A stretch of 64,000 bases of DNA from Promethearchaeota archaeon (GTDB lineage Archaea > Asgardarchaeota > Lokiarchaeia > Sigyniarchaeales > SOKP01). Below, piece by piece: positions 50,625-60,796 of this stretch. The DNA lies in the NCBI GenBank assembly GCA_016840165.1, contig JAEOSU010000076.1, positions 98,664 through 162,663 on the forward strand, given 5' to 3'. Within the stretch, counting starts at the first letter, position 1; each line of letters begins with the position of its first letter. Under the pieces are notes generated by a model. The model made no database searches, was not told the DNA's origin, and was given only the letters and a program-made list of their open reading frames with translations. The position numbers and the translations under genes are program-made.

Positions 50625-50996
50625 ATGGAGACAAGAAATCCTACTGGTTATTGCCCGCGATGTAGACAAGAAGTCCTTCTTACAAGAGAAGAGATTAATT
50701 GGGGTGTAGCGATATTATTATTATGCTTTACTGGTGGTATTGGTTTAATAATATATTTGGCAATTTATTATTCTAAGCCACAGGATCGGTGTATCCAATG
50801 CAATACTCGAATAATAAGTAGAGCTCCACAATACTCACGAAATATTAACATATATCAAAATGAAGCAGCTATATCAAACGAGAATCAGAATGTAGAAGTA
50901 ATAGAAAATAACAGCCCTAAGTATTGTCCCTTCTGTGGAGAGCAATTACAGTCATCCAATGTAAGGTTCTGCCCTAATTGTGGAACTAAAGTATAA
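50625..50996 (+). CDS. LITAF-like zinc/membrane protein with C-terminal double zinc ribbon
   Basis: CPRC-hydrophobic hairpin-CIQC, then CPFC...CPNC. Confidence 0.7.
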   Translation: METRNPTGYCPRCRQEVLLTREEINWGVAILLLCFTGGIGLIIYLAIYYSKPQDRCIQCNTRIISRAPQYSRNINIYQNEAAISNENQNVEVIENNSPKYCPFCGEQLQSSNVRFCPNCGTKV

Positions 50997-51011
50997 TTAT
51001 ATTACCTATTT

Positions 51012-51236
51012 TTAAAAATAGAGTCTAGTTCTAATGCTAAATAAGTATTTTTCGTCAATTGAATATACATTGGACTGATTTTCTCTTTTCAGGTGATCTC
51101 TTTCTTTAGAGATTATTTTAAGAACTCGAAAATACACTCGATTATTATCGATCCACATTCGATCTACTAAAATGTTAAGATTTCCGTTAGTTCCTTGACC
51201 ATAAACTTGGAAGGAATTTATAGTTTCCACAGTCAA
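51012..51236 (-). CDS. Small hypothetical protein
   Basis: 74-aa ORF filling the gap between two paralogs; AGAGGA upstream. Confidence 0.55.
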   Translation of the reverse strand: MTVETINSFQVYGQGTNGNLNILVDRMWIDNNRVYFRVLKIISKERDHLKRENQSNVYSIDEKYLFSIRTRLYF

Positions 51237-51426
51237 TCCTCTAAGCTATTTTTTATATTAATATATTTAGAAATAAATATTTGAATAGCACTTTTTTAGA
51301 CATATTACTCTCTTTGAGAGGATCAATTCATTTTTAAAATATTGGACTAAAGATCATTTTTGTATTTTCTATTTAATTTGTACTTAAAGATTAATATATA
51401 ATTTAAAAATTCGTGAGGTAAGTTAA

Positions 51427-51792
51427 TTGAGCACAATGTATTGTGAAAAATGTCAAACAAACGTCTTAACCAAAAGGGAAGATTTAGATATCGGTATCAT
51501 AATTCTTCTGTTTATTTTTACCGCAGGATTCGGTATTATAATATATCTTGTCGTATATTATGACAAAAAACCAAATCGCTGTATTCATTGTAATTCAATT
51601 TGTAAGCCAATGCTGCTTGAATCTCAGAATAACAAAACGGTAGTTCAAGTTGAGGATAAAAGTGAAAAGATGCAGAATTATGTATCTATAAGTACCATTA
51701 ATACAACATCTAAATTCTGTTATAACTGTGGAACTGAACTTGATGAAAGGGAACGAAAATTTTGTCCTTTCTGCGGTGTAAATGTAGAATAA
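51427..51792 (+). CDS. LITAF-like zinc/membrane protein, paralog of 50625-50996
   Basis: CEKC-hydrophobic hairpin-CIHC, then CYNC...CPFC; GAGGT SD before TTG. Confidence 0.7.
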   Translation: MSTMYCEKCQTNVLTKREDLDIGIIILLFIFTAGFGIIIYLVVYYDKKPNRCIHCNSICKPMLLESQNNKTVVQVEDKSEKMQNYVSISTINTTSKFCYNCGTELDERERKFCPFCGVNVE

Positions 51793-51811
51793 AATTTTCC
51801 ATTTCCATATT

Positions 51812-52720
51812 TTAATCTTCCTTTTTTTTTAGAATTTTCATAAATTCATAAAAGTATTCATATGAGCGTTTAAAATGAACATCATATTTCGAATAGTTTA
51901 ATGCATCAATAAAGAGTTCATTAAATTTTTCTTTATCCTTATTTTCAATGACATGTTTATAATCGTTCATTAAAGATACCAAATCATTAATTACGTTAAG
52001 AAATTTAGGATTTTCCATTTGAATCTCTCCAAACATTTCCATCTCTCTCTGAATAATGCTTTCAGCAAATACTTTCTGTAGTAAAAATGTTGTGCCCGTA
52101 AAACGAGTTAATTCATTCAAAGAATTATTTGATCTTTTCAAAAGATTAAGGAACAGAATGTTAAACATATGCGGAAGCCCTAATGTTAAAGCAATTTTAG
52201 TATCATGGATTTCAGGAGTGGTTTCTATAATAATTAATCCGTCTGATCTAAATAACTCAAGCAAGTCATCCACTAAGATGTTATAGTCTTTTGTTCCACC
52301 AATTCTTATTGAGAGCATCATGTAATTTTGCATATTGGTTATCCCCGGGCCAAACATCGGATGAAGTGATAAGCAATTAATTGGATATTTATTTAATTCT
52401 TGTTTGTAGACTTCATAAATTTCAGACTTTAAGGAGGTAATATCACATATTAGCGCGTTATTTTTTAAATATGGTATTACTTTTTTTATAACACCAATTG
52501 TTGAGCTTATTGGAACCGAGATCATAACTATATCAGCATTGTTTAATCCCTCTTCTAGTGTTTTTGCGAAATTTACCTCTAATTCTTTAGCAACTTTTCT
52601 TAATCTATTTAGATCCCGAGCAAAAATTGTTACTTGAAATCCATGGTTTTTAAAATATTTAGAAAATACTTGGCCCATCCCGCCAGAGCCTCCAATGATG
52701 GTTATTTGTTTATTTTCCAT
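51812..52720 (-). CDS. tyrA: Prephenate dehydrogenase
   Basis: IIGGSGGMG, SVPI, DITSLK, HPMFGP, HD......GLPH. Confidence 0.9.
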   Translation of the reverse strand: MENKQITIIGGSGGMGQVFSKYFKNHGFQVTIFARDLNRLRKVAKELEVNFAKTLEEGLNNADIVMISVPISSTIGVIKKVIPYLKNNALICDITSLKSEIYEVYKQELNKYPINCLSLHPMFGPGITNMQNYMMLSIRIGGTKDYNILVDDLLELFRSDGLIIIETTPEIHDTKIALTLGLPHMFNILFLNLLKRSNNSLNELTRFTGTTFLLQKVFAESIIQREMEMFGEIQMENPKFLNVINDLVSLMNDYKHVIENKDKEKFNELFIDALNYSKYDVHFKRSYEYFYEFMKILKKKED

Positions 52721-53589
52721 TATTTTTCACTCAAAGTTTCAATTACTTTTTTTTTCATTAAAATAGTATTTGGCTTCTTATTTGTCCACCATTCAAATGC
52801 TAAAGCACCTTGATTGATTAGCATGTCAAGACCATTTAAAGTTTTACAGCCTAATGTTTTTGCATCTTTTATTAGTTGAGTTTCTAAAGGGTTATAAATC
52901 AAATCAAAAACAGCTAGATCCTTATGAAGCATATCCCGAGATATAATTGACTCATGATGAGAGGGATACATCCCAATTGGAGTAGCATTAATTAGTAGGT
53001 CTGCTTCTTTAATAGCATTAGTTAGTGTGGTTTCGTTTAACTTTTTGGCGTCTATTTGAGACCTTGATTCTTTTTTTAATTTATCTGCTAACTCTTTAGC
53101 TTTATGCTCTGTTCGATTAAGTATAGTCAATTTATTTATATTTTGTATAAGACCATAAGAAACGGCTTTGGCAGCACCACCCGAACCTAATAAGAGCACA
53201 TCTAATCCTGATGAATTTATACCCGAATTACTTAATGCTTGGATAGCACCCTCAGCATCAGTATTTCTACCAAAAAAAAGACCATCTTTTAGCTTTATTG
53301 TATTTACAGCTCCAATTTTTTGAGCTATGGGATCAAGGAAATCCAAATATCGGATTACTTTTTCTTTATAAGGAATGGTAACATTAATTCCTCGGATATT
53401 TAATGCTTTTATTCCCTCGAGGGCTTGTTTGAGGTTATCTGGGATTACGTCAAATGCGATATATACATAATCTAATTTTAGATCTTTTAATGCTATATTA
53501 TGCATTAATGGACTCATGCTATGTGAAATTGGATGTCCAATAATACATAGAATTTTAGTGTTAGTAGAAATGTTATTTTGATTTAGCAT
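52720..53589 (-). CDS. aroE: Shikimate dehydrogenase
   Basis: HSMSP.MHN, NVTIPYK, GAVNT, NTD, GSGGAA, NATPIGM, DLIYNP, ML..Q. Confidence 0.95.
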   Translation of the reverse strand: MLNQNNISTNTKILCIIGHPISHSMSPLMHNIALKDLKLDYVYIAFDVIPDNLKQALEGIKALNIRGINVTIPYKEKVIRYLDFLDPIAQKIGAVNTIKLKDGLFFGRNTDAEGAIQALSNSGINSSGLDVLLLGSGGAAKAVSYGLIQNINKLTILNRTEHKAKELADKLKKESRSQIDAKKLNETTLTNAIKEADLLINATPIGMYPSHHESIISRDMLHKDLAVFDLIYNPLETQLIKDAKTLGCKTLNGLDMLINQGALAFEWWTNKKPNTILMKKKVIETLSEK

Positions 53590-53723
53590 TTATTATGAGA
53601 AAAATCTTTTAATAGCTATTAATAATTTTAAGGATTAGATTCATTATAATTATTTAGTAAATATGAGAATCTAAGGGAGCTTTTCCCTTATGCACATATA
53701 ATTAAAATCCCTTTAATAGAGAC

Positions 53724-54260
53724 ATGAAAAAAGATTCAATTGCGCTTATCGGATTTATGGGCACAGGTAAAAGCGTAGTAGGTAAAGCCTTGGTTAAGCA
53801 ACTTGGGAAGGAATTTGAGTTTTTAGAGACAGATGATATTATTATTAAACTAGCAGGTAAATCAATTCCGGAAATTTTTTCTGAGAATGGGGAGGCTATT
53901 TTTAGGCATTATGAAATAGAGGCCTGTAAAAAAATATCTAAGCAAAGTAAAGTGGTAGTATCTTGTGGTGGAGGAGTAGTCCTTAATCAAATCAATATCG
54001 ATAATTTAAGAAAAAACTGTTATATTATCTTATTAAATTCTTCGATTCAAGAAATTTATAAGAGAATTCTAAAAGATGGAATTATAAGTAGACCATTAAT
54101 TGATCCCACTTCTCCATTGGATGATATTAAGGAGCTTTTAGAATATCGCCAACCATTTTATGATTCAGCAGCGGATTTTAGGATCGAAACCACTGGAAAA
54201 TCAATTAAAAGGATAGTAAAGAATATTATAACTAAATTAAAATCATTAAATCTTTTCTAG
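53724..54260 (+). CDS. aroK: Shikimate kinase, bacterial (NMP-kinase fold) type
   Basis: GFMGTGKS, GE..FR..E, CGGG, RPL, R.P.Y. Confidence 0.92.
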   Translation: MKKDSIALIGFMGTGKSVVGKALVKQLGKEFEFLETDDIIIKLAGKSIPEIFSENGEAIFRHYEIEACKKISKQSKVVVSCGGGVVLNQINIDNLRKNCYIILLNSSIQEIYKRILKDGIISRPLIDPTSPLDDIKELLEYRQPFYDSAADFRIETTGKSIKRIVKNIITKLKSLNLF

Positions 54261-54365
54261 AATTATGCTATATGAATTTTTCTTATATTTAGCTTTCTTT
54301 AATTTCCAATTGTCCATTTTTGAGCTTTAAATATAAGATCATTTAAATATTATATATTATGAATA

Positions 54366-54483
54366 GCTTTGCAATGTAAAGCCTAAATCTTTAGGGATAG
54401 GATTCTTCTTGTTTCACTTTGTATAGCAAAGTTTAAATATCAATGTTGCCTATTTATATTTAAGAAGCTTTGCGTGGCAAAGT
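54366..54483. promoter_or_regulatory. Three palindromic operators CTTTG-N5-YAAAG spaced 50-51 bp apart
   Basis: GCTTTGCAATGTAAAGC (54366), ACTTTGTATAGCAAAGT (54416), GCTTTGCGTGGCAAAGT (54467); TTTAAATA box at 54432-54439. Confidence 0.7.
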
Positions 54484-54531
54484 TGTTGTATCTATTTACA
54501 TGATCAGTTCAATTTAGGTTTAAAAAAGGAT

Positions 54532-54765
54532 GTGATGAAAAATATGGATAAGTATGAAAGGATGATTTTTGCTGTTATCGCGATTGTTGTAGTATCAACA
54601 GTTTTGTATCTATTGTTGCTATTCACAGGAGTTATTGAATCCAAATTTCCGTTTGGTGTTTTGATCCCAAGTTGGCTAATAATATTAATTCCGATTATCA
54701 ATCAAAAAAAACTTGAGGAGAAGAATAAAAGAAGTAATGTGATTCAAGAGGGAGATGAGATTTGA
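54532..54765 (+). CDS. Small two-TM membrane protein
   Basis: Two hydrophobic segments; overlaps the next ORF by 4 nt. Confidence 0.6.
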   Translation: MMKNMDKYERMIFAVIAIVVVSTVLYLLLLFTGVIESKFPFGVLIPSWLIILIPIINQKKLEEKNKRSNVIQEGDEI

Positions 54766-54971
54766 GATTCATTAGAAATAAAGATAGTCTTTTGGTAATT
54801 GGAATCTCATCATTGCTAATAATGATCCTCTTAAGGATGATAAATTTTGAATTGCCTATTCTAGATTTTTTTGAAGGTATTTTCGCAGGGATTTCTTTAG
54901 TAACAAATATATGCTTTCTGATTCGATTTGGAAAGGAACAAAGAATTATTCATAATGAAATAGAGGATTAA
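54762..54971 (+). CDS. Small two-TM membrane protein
   Basis: Two hydrophobic segments with DF..G...GIS; GGAG upstream. Confidence 0.6.
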   Translation: MRFIRNKDSLLVIGISSLLIMILLRMINFELPILDFFEGIFAGISLVTNICFLIRFGKEQRIIHNEIED

Positions 54972-54983
54972 GAGGTTAATCAA

Positions 54984-56114
54984 ATGTTTATAATAAAAGA
55001 AGGTCTAGGTAAATTTACCAATTTTTTCGTACCTTCGATGCTAGTAATTCTAAGTCCAGTTTTACTGTACTTTGTTCAAAATCTAATTAATATAATCCTA
55101 TTAACAAGTAATATAGTTTTGAATGTAGATATACTAATACAATCTTTATTTGTTATGTTTATCTCTCAACTTGTGGGTATTTTGATGATATATGTTATCA
55201 TAATCCCTCTCATGAGAATTAAGGATGTTAAGAAAAGTGCTTTTACTATTAAAAAGAGTGGAAATACTATTCTTCTTTTCTGTCTTACAGTTAGTGTAGT
55301 TATTATTAGCAACTTTATAATCACTTCAATCTTTAGTGTATTCAACTTGATTCCACAATCAGGTTATTCAGGTATTTTACTGAATTCAACTCAAACAAAT
55401 AATCCATTAAATATAATAATATATTTTCTTCCATTTATAATTGGAGCGCCAATATTTGAAGAGCTTCTCTATCGCCGTACATTAATACCTTTGTTGGAAA
55501 AACGAGGGATGCCTTCTTTTACAGCAATTGTAATCATTAGTATTATTTTCGCTGTAGCACATCTCCCAAACGACGTAATAAATGGTAACATATACGGAGG
55601 TATAATACATACTGTTGGAGTTTTTTATATCTCAATCTCGCTTGGAATCTCTTACATACTCACACATAATATTTTCTTCCCAATTATTATTCACAGCCTA
55701 ATCAATTTAGTTTCATTTTCTGGACCTCTATTTCAAGTAATGGATAACACGGTATTAAACCTGATATATAATATTACTATCGTGTTCATTTTTGCTGTAG
55801 GGATTGCTTTTTTGATATATTGTATTTGGAATCTTATCAGGAGAAAACCTAAAAAATGGATTGAGTTAATGAGAAATAGAACGATTCGAAATATAAAGAT
55901 AGGAACAGTAATCTTTTTGTTAATAGGTATAAGTAGTGCTTTTTTACCGATAATAATTGAGATAATTTCGGTAATAGCGTTAAACTTAAGCAATAATATT
56001 TACTACTACATTAACCTATTACTCGTAAGTCAATTTTTAGTTATTTTAATTACATTATGGTTATCTAAACACGCTAAAATTGAACATGAAATTAAATTAG
56101 AATATGGAATGTGA
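54984..56114 (+). CDS. CPBP (CAAX/Abi) intramembrane glutamic protease
   Basis: EELLYRR, FAVAH, HSLIN motifs; ~10 TM helices. Confidence 0.88.
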   Translation: MFIIKEGLGKFTNFFVPSMLVILSPVLLYFVQNLINIILLTSNIVLNVDILIQSLFVMFISQLVGILMIYVIIIPLMRIKDVKKSAFTIKKSGNTILLFCLTVSVVIISNFIITSIFSVFNLIPQSGYSGILLNSTQTNNPLNIIIYFLPFIIGAPIFEELLYRRTLIPLLEKRGMPSFTAIVIISIIFAVAHLPNDVINGNIYGGIIHTVGVFYISISLGISYILTHNIFFPIIIHSLINLVSFSGPLFQVMDNTVLNLIYNITIVFIFAVGIAFLIYCIWNLIRRKPKKWIELMRNRTIRNIKIGTVIFLLIGISSAFLPIIIEIISVIALNLSNNIYYYINLLLVSQFLVILITLWLSKHAKIEHEIKLEYGM

Positions 56115-56205
56115 GAAAAATAAGTAATACAAATTACAGGTATTTCTGACCGTTTTACCAATAAATTATCAAAATTAAAAAATAAAAAAATGAGGTGTAA
56201 AAAAA

Positions 56206-57030
56206 ATTACAGAAATTTATGCAATAAAAACAAATGAACTTACCAAATCATTTGGTAATGTTATGGCTGTTAAAAATTTGAATTTAAGTATTCCATATGG
56301 CCAAACTTACGGTCTCTTAGGACCTAATGGAGCTGGAAAAACCACGACTGTAAGAATGCTGAATTCAATTATTTCCAAAACATCTGGAAGTGCGATTGTG
56401 GGAGGATTCGATACTTTTCTCCAAAGCCAAGAGGTTAAGAGAATTTGTGGTTTCTTACCAGAATCCCCCGGATTATATTCGAAACTAACTGCCCGTGAAT
56501 TCTTAGAATTCATTGGAGCGTTATACAGCATACCGAAAGAGGTATTAAGAGTTCGTATTGATGAATTGTTAGAACTTTTTGATTTAGAAGGCAGAGAAAA
56601 TGATTTATTAGAAGGTTTTTCAAGGGGTATGAAGCAAAAAGTCTGTTTATGCGCAGCATTAATCCAAGATCCAGAAATAATCTTTTTAGATGAGCCTACT
56701 TCAAACCTGGATCCTGCAATTGCTCGGATGGTAAAAGATCTCATTTCAATCCTTGTAAAAAAAGCTGATAAAACCATTTTCATATGTACACATCTATTAG
56801 ATGTAGCTGAGGAGCTATGTGATACTATTGGTATCATCGTTAACGGTGAGTTAAAAATTGAAGGTTCACCAAAAAATATCATCGAATCTGTTGGTGCTAC
56901 TAATCTCGAAGATGCTTACTTAAAAGTTACAGGGGCAACTCATATTGAAGATCTGCTTGGCTGGCGAAAAGATAGTACTTCAGATGTGAATAGGAAAAAT
57001 GAAAAAGTAAAAAAAAAACTAAGGACATAA
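56206..57030 (+). CDS. ABC transporter ATP-binding protein; start extended to ATT at 56206
   Basis: GPNGAGKT, FSRGMKQ, FLDEP, TH. The upstream frame adds YAIKTNELTKSFG, the usual first strand of the ABC domain. Confidence 0.92.
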   Translation: MTEIYAIKTNELTKSFGNVMAVKNLNLSIPYGQTYGLLGPNGAGKTTTVRMLNSIISKTSGSAIVGGFDTFLQSQEVKRICGFLPESPGLYSKLTAREFLEFIGALYSIPKEVLRVRIDELLELFDLEGRENDLLEGFSRGMKQKVCLCAALIQDPEIIFLDEPTSNLDPAIARMVKDLISILVKKADKTIFICTHLLDVAEELCDTIGIIVNGELKIEGSPKNIIESVGATNLEDAYLKVTGATHIEDLLGWRKDSTSDVNRKNEKVKKKLRT

Positions 57031-57048
57031 GTAGGAGATGATATTTTC

Positions 57049-58740
57049 ATGGATTTAATACAAAACAAGGAACAACTGGTTTCAGTTGAAAGTCAAATGG
57101 AGAAGTTTAGTCATTCTAGCGATAATTTTCAAATGAAGAGCTTATGGAGCACAATAGCTAAAAATGAGATTAAAATAAGAACGAGTAAGTTCAGAAATCA
57201 TAGAGTTATCTTTTTTATTACCGTATATTCTATACTGATTGCTTGGGCGTTGATAATTGCTCCCATGCTATTCGACGCATTTATGCCAACTATAGCCATC
57301 CAATATTCAACAATATTTAAACCTTTAGTAGCTCTAATTATCGAATCTCTAATGATGGCAGTGTTTATTTTACTGATAATGTATCCCTTAAATAATGTGT
57401 ATCGGGAAAGTGAAATCAGTTTCAAAGAATCAATCTTATCATCACCTATTAGCTCAAAAGATATCTTTTTTGGTGAATTTTTGGGAAAAATGCCTATTTA
57501 TTTAGCAACAATCCTAATTATAGGGCCTATTCTCATTGGATTAGTCAATCCAGTGATTGACCTAAACCCTATTCAATATATAGTAATATATTTTAGCCTT
57601 TTTGGTATAGTAAGTTTTGCTAACTTAATTGGTTCCATTTTGGCAAGCTGGTTAGAGCATAAAATAAATAAAAGCGAAAAAGCACGAGAAATTGGAAAGT
57701 TATTCATCTGGATTTTTGCAATTTTGCTTGTCGTTATAATGTATGCTGTTATATTCTTTTTAAACGAGATATTATCGCACCCTGAGCTTAAGAACTGGTT
57801 AGCTTTCTATCCATCTCTATGGTTCTCAAACATCATTCTTTACAGTATTGATCCCCTATTATTAAATGGATTCATTCTAAATATTTGGCTAAATATCTTA
57901 TTAGCTGTGATTATACCAATTATTACATTATATCTGTCATATCTTAAGGCAGAAAACTTCTATACGTTGGAAAGTTTGAGGGATAAGAGTAATATAACTG
58001 TTGTCGCACACGAGAATCTTTTTTATCGATTAATAAGATTTCTCTTTGGTAAAAAATGGGGTGTATTAACCGTAATTCAGATGAAACGTTTATTCAGGAA
58101 AAAGTCTAACTTCGCGAGGCTTGCCTATGTTTTCGGACTATTAGGATTTATAACATATATATATAGCCAGTTTATGGCTGAGATTGTTCATGATGAATTT
58201 GGATTTATTCTCTTTTCTACTATAATAATGGCAATCGGTGGTGCTATATTAAGTATTATGATTGGTCATTTGGCTTTCGTTGACTCCAAGGATATAATAT
58301 GGGTATATAAAAGATCTCCACGAGGTCTTAAAGGTCTTGTATATTCATATTTATTAGCCATGTTTATTCTGACTACTTTCTTGGCAATTTTTGAAACAGT
58401 TTTCTTTGGAATCTTAGCTGGTTTAGAATTAATTGATGCATTGATATTTTTTGGAACTTTTTTGGTAATAGGCCAATTTTCTATGGCCCAAGCTATGGGA
58501 CTTCAATGTTTATCACCTGCCTACGGAGAGAAAGCTCCAAATATGAGAACTAATACCATTATTTCAATGGGATTGATGCAACCAGTTCTTATGCTTCCAG
58601 TAATAATGTTGATCTTCTTTAATCCTGATAGTTTGATAATGATGCGAATTATCCTTCAATTGCCTCTTTTCATATTCATAATGGGAATAAGCAGCCTCCT
58701 ATTATATTTTGGGATGAGGAAATTAAAAAAAATAGAATAA
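57049..58740 (+). CDS. ABC-2-type exporter permease
   Basis: ~12-14 TM helices in two halves, directly after the ATPase. Confidence 0.75.
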   Translation: MDLIQNKEQLVSVESQMEKFSHSSDNFQMKSLWSTIAKNEIKIRTSKFRNHRVIFFITVYSILIAWALIIAPMLFDAFMPTIAIQYSTIFKPLVALIIESLMMAVFILLIMYPLNNVYRESEISFKESILSSPISSKDIFFGEFLGKMPIYLATILIIGPILIGLVNPVIDLNPIQYIVIYFSLFGIVSFANLIGSILASWLEHKINKSEKAREIGKLFIWIFAILLVVIMYAVIFFLNEILSHPELKNWLAFYPSLWFSNIILYSIDPLLLNGFILNIWLNILLAVIIPIITLYLSYLKAENFYTLESLRDKSNITVVAHENLFYRLIRFLFGKKWGVLTVIQMKRLFRKKSNFARLAYVFGLLGFITYIYSQFMAEIVHDEFGFILFSTIIMAIGGAILSIMIGHLAFVDSKDIIWVYKRSPRGLKGLVYSYLLAMFILTTFLAIFETVFFGILAGLELIDALIFFGTFLVIGQFSMAQAMGLQCLSPAYGEKAPNMRTNTIISMGLMQPVLMLPVIMLIFFNPDSLIMMRIILQLPLFIFIMGISSLLLYFGMRKLKKIE

Positions 58741-58865
58741 ATAATGGAGATCTAAATCTTTTTCTTTTTTTATTTATCAATTACTAAATAACAAAAAATA
58801 AATGATCTTATGAAAAAGCAATTACTATAGTATTTGGATATATTTAGACTATAGGTGAGATTAAT

Positions 58866-59510
58866 ATAAATCAAATAGATTCACTGGATAAATTAGAAAA
58901 AAAAGCATGGAGCATTAATTTCGAAGATGGGACTTTTGAAATTTATTTAGGGATAATAATTATAAGCTTCGCACCACAGCTCTCCTTATTTGACATACTA
59001 CCTATTCCATTTAACTTTTTATTAGGTCCAATAATTATTGGATTTGCTTTAGCCTTATTTCTTCTCAGTAAGAAGTATCTCATTAAACCTCGTATTGGAA
59101 TTGTTAAGTATGGGCGAAAAAGGAAAATGAAAAAACAAAAAACGGTATTCATTTTAACAATCAATATGCTAATGTTATTTATCATCTTCCTTTTAACGTC
59201 ATCAGGTTTTTTGGATGATTTGAATATTCCTTGGTTTTTAGAAGTATTATTTATCCAGTTAATTTTTGTTACACTTCCATTGTGCCTTGTAGCATATTAT
59301 TTTCAATATAGTCGGCTATATATTATCGCTGTTTTGATGGGATCGTCAATCTTTATCGCAGAGCTCAGTTCAACCTTTATTATCCCTCCATTTAACTACT
59401 TATTCATATTTCTAATTATAGGTGGTTTAATTATACTAATGGGGGTAATATCATTGTTCAAATTTCTCAAAAAGTATCCTAAACAAAAGGAGGAGGCAGA
59501 TAAATTATGA
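58866..59510 (+). CDS. Membrane protein, tandem paralog 1; start extended to ATA at 58866 (or ATT at 58860)
   Basis: The upstream frame encodes LEKKAW...FEDG..EIYLG and KKYLIKPRIG, matching the next two genes; in-frame TAG at 58845. Confidence 0.75.
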   Translation: MNQIDSLDKLEKKAWSINFEDGTFEIYLGIIIISFAPQLSLFDILPIPFNFLLGPIIIGFALALFLLSKKYLIKPRIGIVKYGRKRKMKKQKTVFILTINMLMLFIIFLLTSSGFLDDLNIPWFLEVLFIQLIFVTLPLCLVAYYFQYSRLYIIAVLMGSSIFIAELSSTFIIPPFNYLFIFLIIGGLIILMGVISLFKFLKKYPKQKEEADKL

Positions 59511-60148
59511 ATGATACGATAAATTTAAAACAATTGGAAAAAAAGATTTGGAGAGCTACCTTTCAAGATGGCTTATGGGACATATATTTTGGTTTAATTA
59601 TCATGGGAATGGGGCTCGCCCCTTTAGGAAGATTTTTAGGTCTACCAGAAACAATTGGAGTTTTAATATTAGTCTTTAGTTGGGATATAGTAGCAGGATT
59701 AATCTTTATTTTGGGAAAAATATATATTACGAGACCGAGGATTGGTTTTGTTAAATTTGGACAAATTCGTAAAAGAAGAAATAAGCTTTTAGCTGTCTTT
59801 TTAGGCATAAATGTTGGATTTACTTTTATAATATTAACTTTTACTTTACTGGGAATGTTTCAAATAAGTTTGCCCGGGTACATGGTAATGTTGGTTATTG
59901 GGTTATTATTCATTACTACACCCTTTAGCTTTATAGCCTATTTTATCCAATTAAAGCGTGTTTATCTTTATGCATTATTAGGTGGATTTGGACTATTCTT
60001 TAGTGAATTATTAACTCCAATTTTAGATTCTCCTTTTAATGACCTACTTGTTTTTGTTTCTTTTGGTGGTATGATTTTAGTTTTTGGAATAATCATTCTA
60101 ATTCGTTTTTTAAGCAAATATCAATTAGGTAAAGAGGGGGTGCCCTAA
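59507..60148 (+). CDS. Membrane protein, tandem paralog 2
   Basis: LEKKIWRATFQDGLWDIYFG, ITRPRIG.VKFG, RFL.KY. Confidence 0.8.
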   Translation: MNDTINLKQLEKKIWRATFQDGLWDIYFGLIIMGMGLAPLGRFLGLPETIGVLILVFSWDIVAGLIFILGKIYITRPRIGFVKFGQIRKRRNKLLAVFLGINVGFTFIILTFTLLGMFQISLPGYMVMLVIGLLFITTPFSFIAYFIQLKRVYLYALLGGFGLFFSELLTPILDSPFNDLLVFVSFGGMILVFGIIILIRFLSKYQLGKEGVP

Positions 60149-60151
60149 AAG

Positions 60152-60790
60152 ATTTCAGAACAAGTTGATCTTGAAAGTTTAGAGAAAAAGACTTGGCGTT
60201 CTACATTTCAAGATGGTTTATGGGATATATATTTAGGTTTAATATTATTTGGTTTAGGAGTAGGATGGTTAGGTGATTATATTGGAATGCTGTATCCATT
60301 TGGAACAGTATTTTTAATATTTACTATTGACATAATAGCAGTTCTTATCATAACACTGGGAAAAAAATATATCACAAAACCACGAATAGGGCAGGTAGAA
60401 TTTGGAGAATCAAGAAAAAAAAGAAAAAAATGGTTGATGGTATTTTTGGCTTTGAATGTAGTTTTTTCTGTAATTGTTTTAATCTTGACAATTACTGGCA
60501 ATCTTAGCCAATTTTTTGTACCGGGACTATTTACTCCTTTAGCTTTAGGTTTAATAGGTATAACAGTACCTTTTAGCGTTGTGGCATTTTATTTACAACT
60601 TCCGCGATTATACGTCTATGCACTTTTAGGAGGGTGTGGATTCTTTTTTACTGAGCTATTATATCCTCTTGTAGGAGAACCATGGGACATAGTAATAAGT
60701 TATGGTAGTATCGGAGGATTTATATTAGTTATAGGAATAATACTTTTGGTTAGATTTCTTCAGAAGTATCCTTTAGAAAAAGAAAGGTGA
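60152..60790 (+). CDS. Membrane protein, tandem paralog 3; start extended to ATT at 60152
   Basis: The upstream frame encodes LEKKTWRSTFQDGLWDIYLG, nearly identical to paralog 2. Confidence 0.8.
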   Translation: MSEQVDLESLEKKTWRSTFQDGLWDIYLGLILFGLGVGWLGDYIGMLYPFGTVFLIFTIDIIAVLIITLGKKYITKPRIGQVEFGESRKKRKKWLMVFLALNVVFSVIVLILTITGNLSQFFVPGLFTPLALGLIGITVPFSVVAFYLQLPRLYVYALLGGCGFFFTELLYPLVGEPWDIVISYGSIGGFILVIGIILLVRFLQKYPLEKER

Positions 60791-60796
60791 TGCTAT

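Noticed and set aside
53672-53690. Inverted repeat TAAGGGA-N5-TCCCTTA between divergent aroE and aroK
   Set aside because: Single copy with no candidate regulator; could be an operator but cannot be supported.
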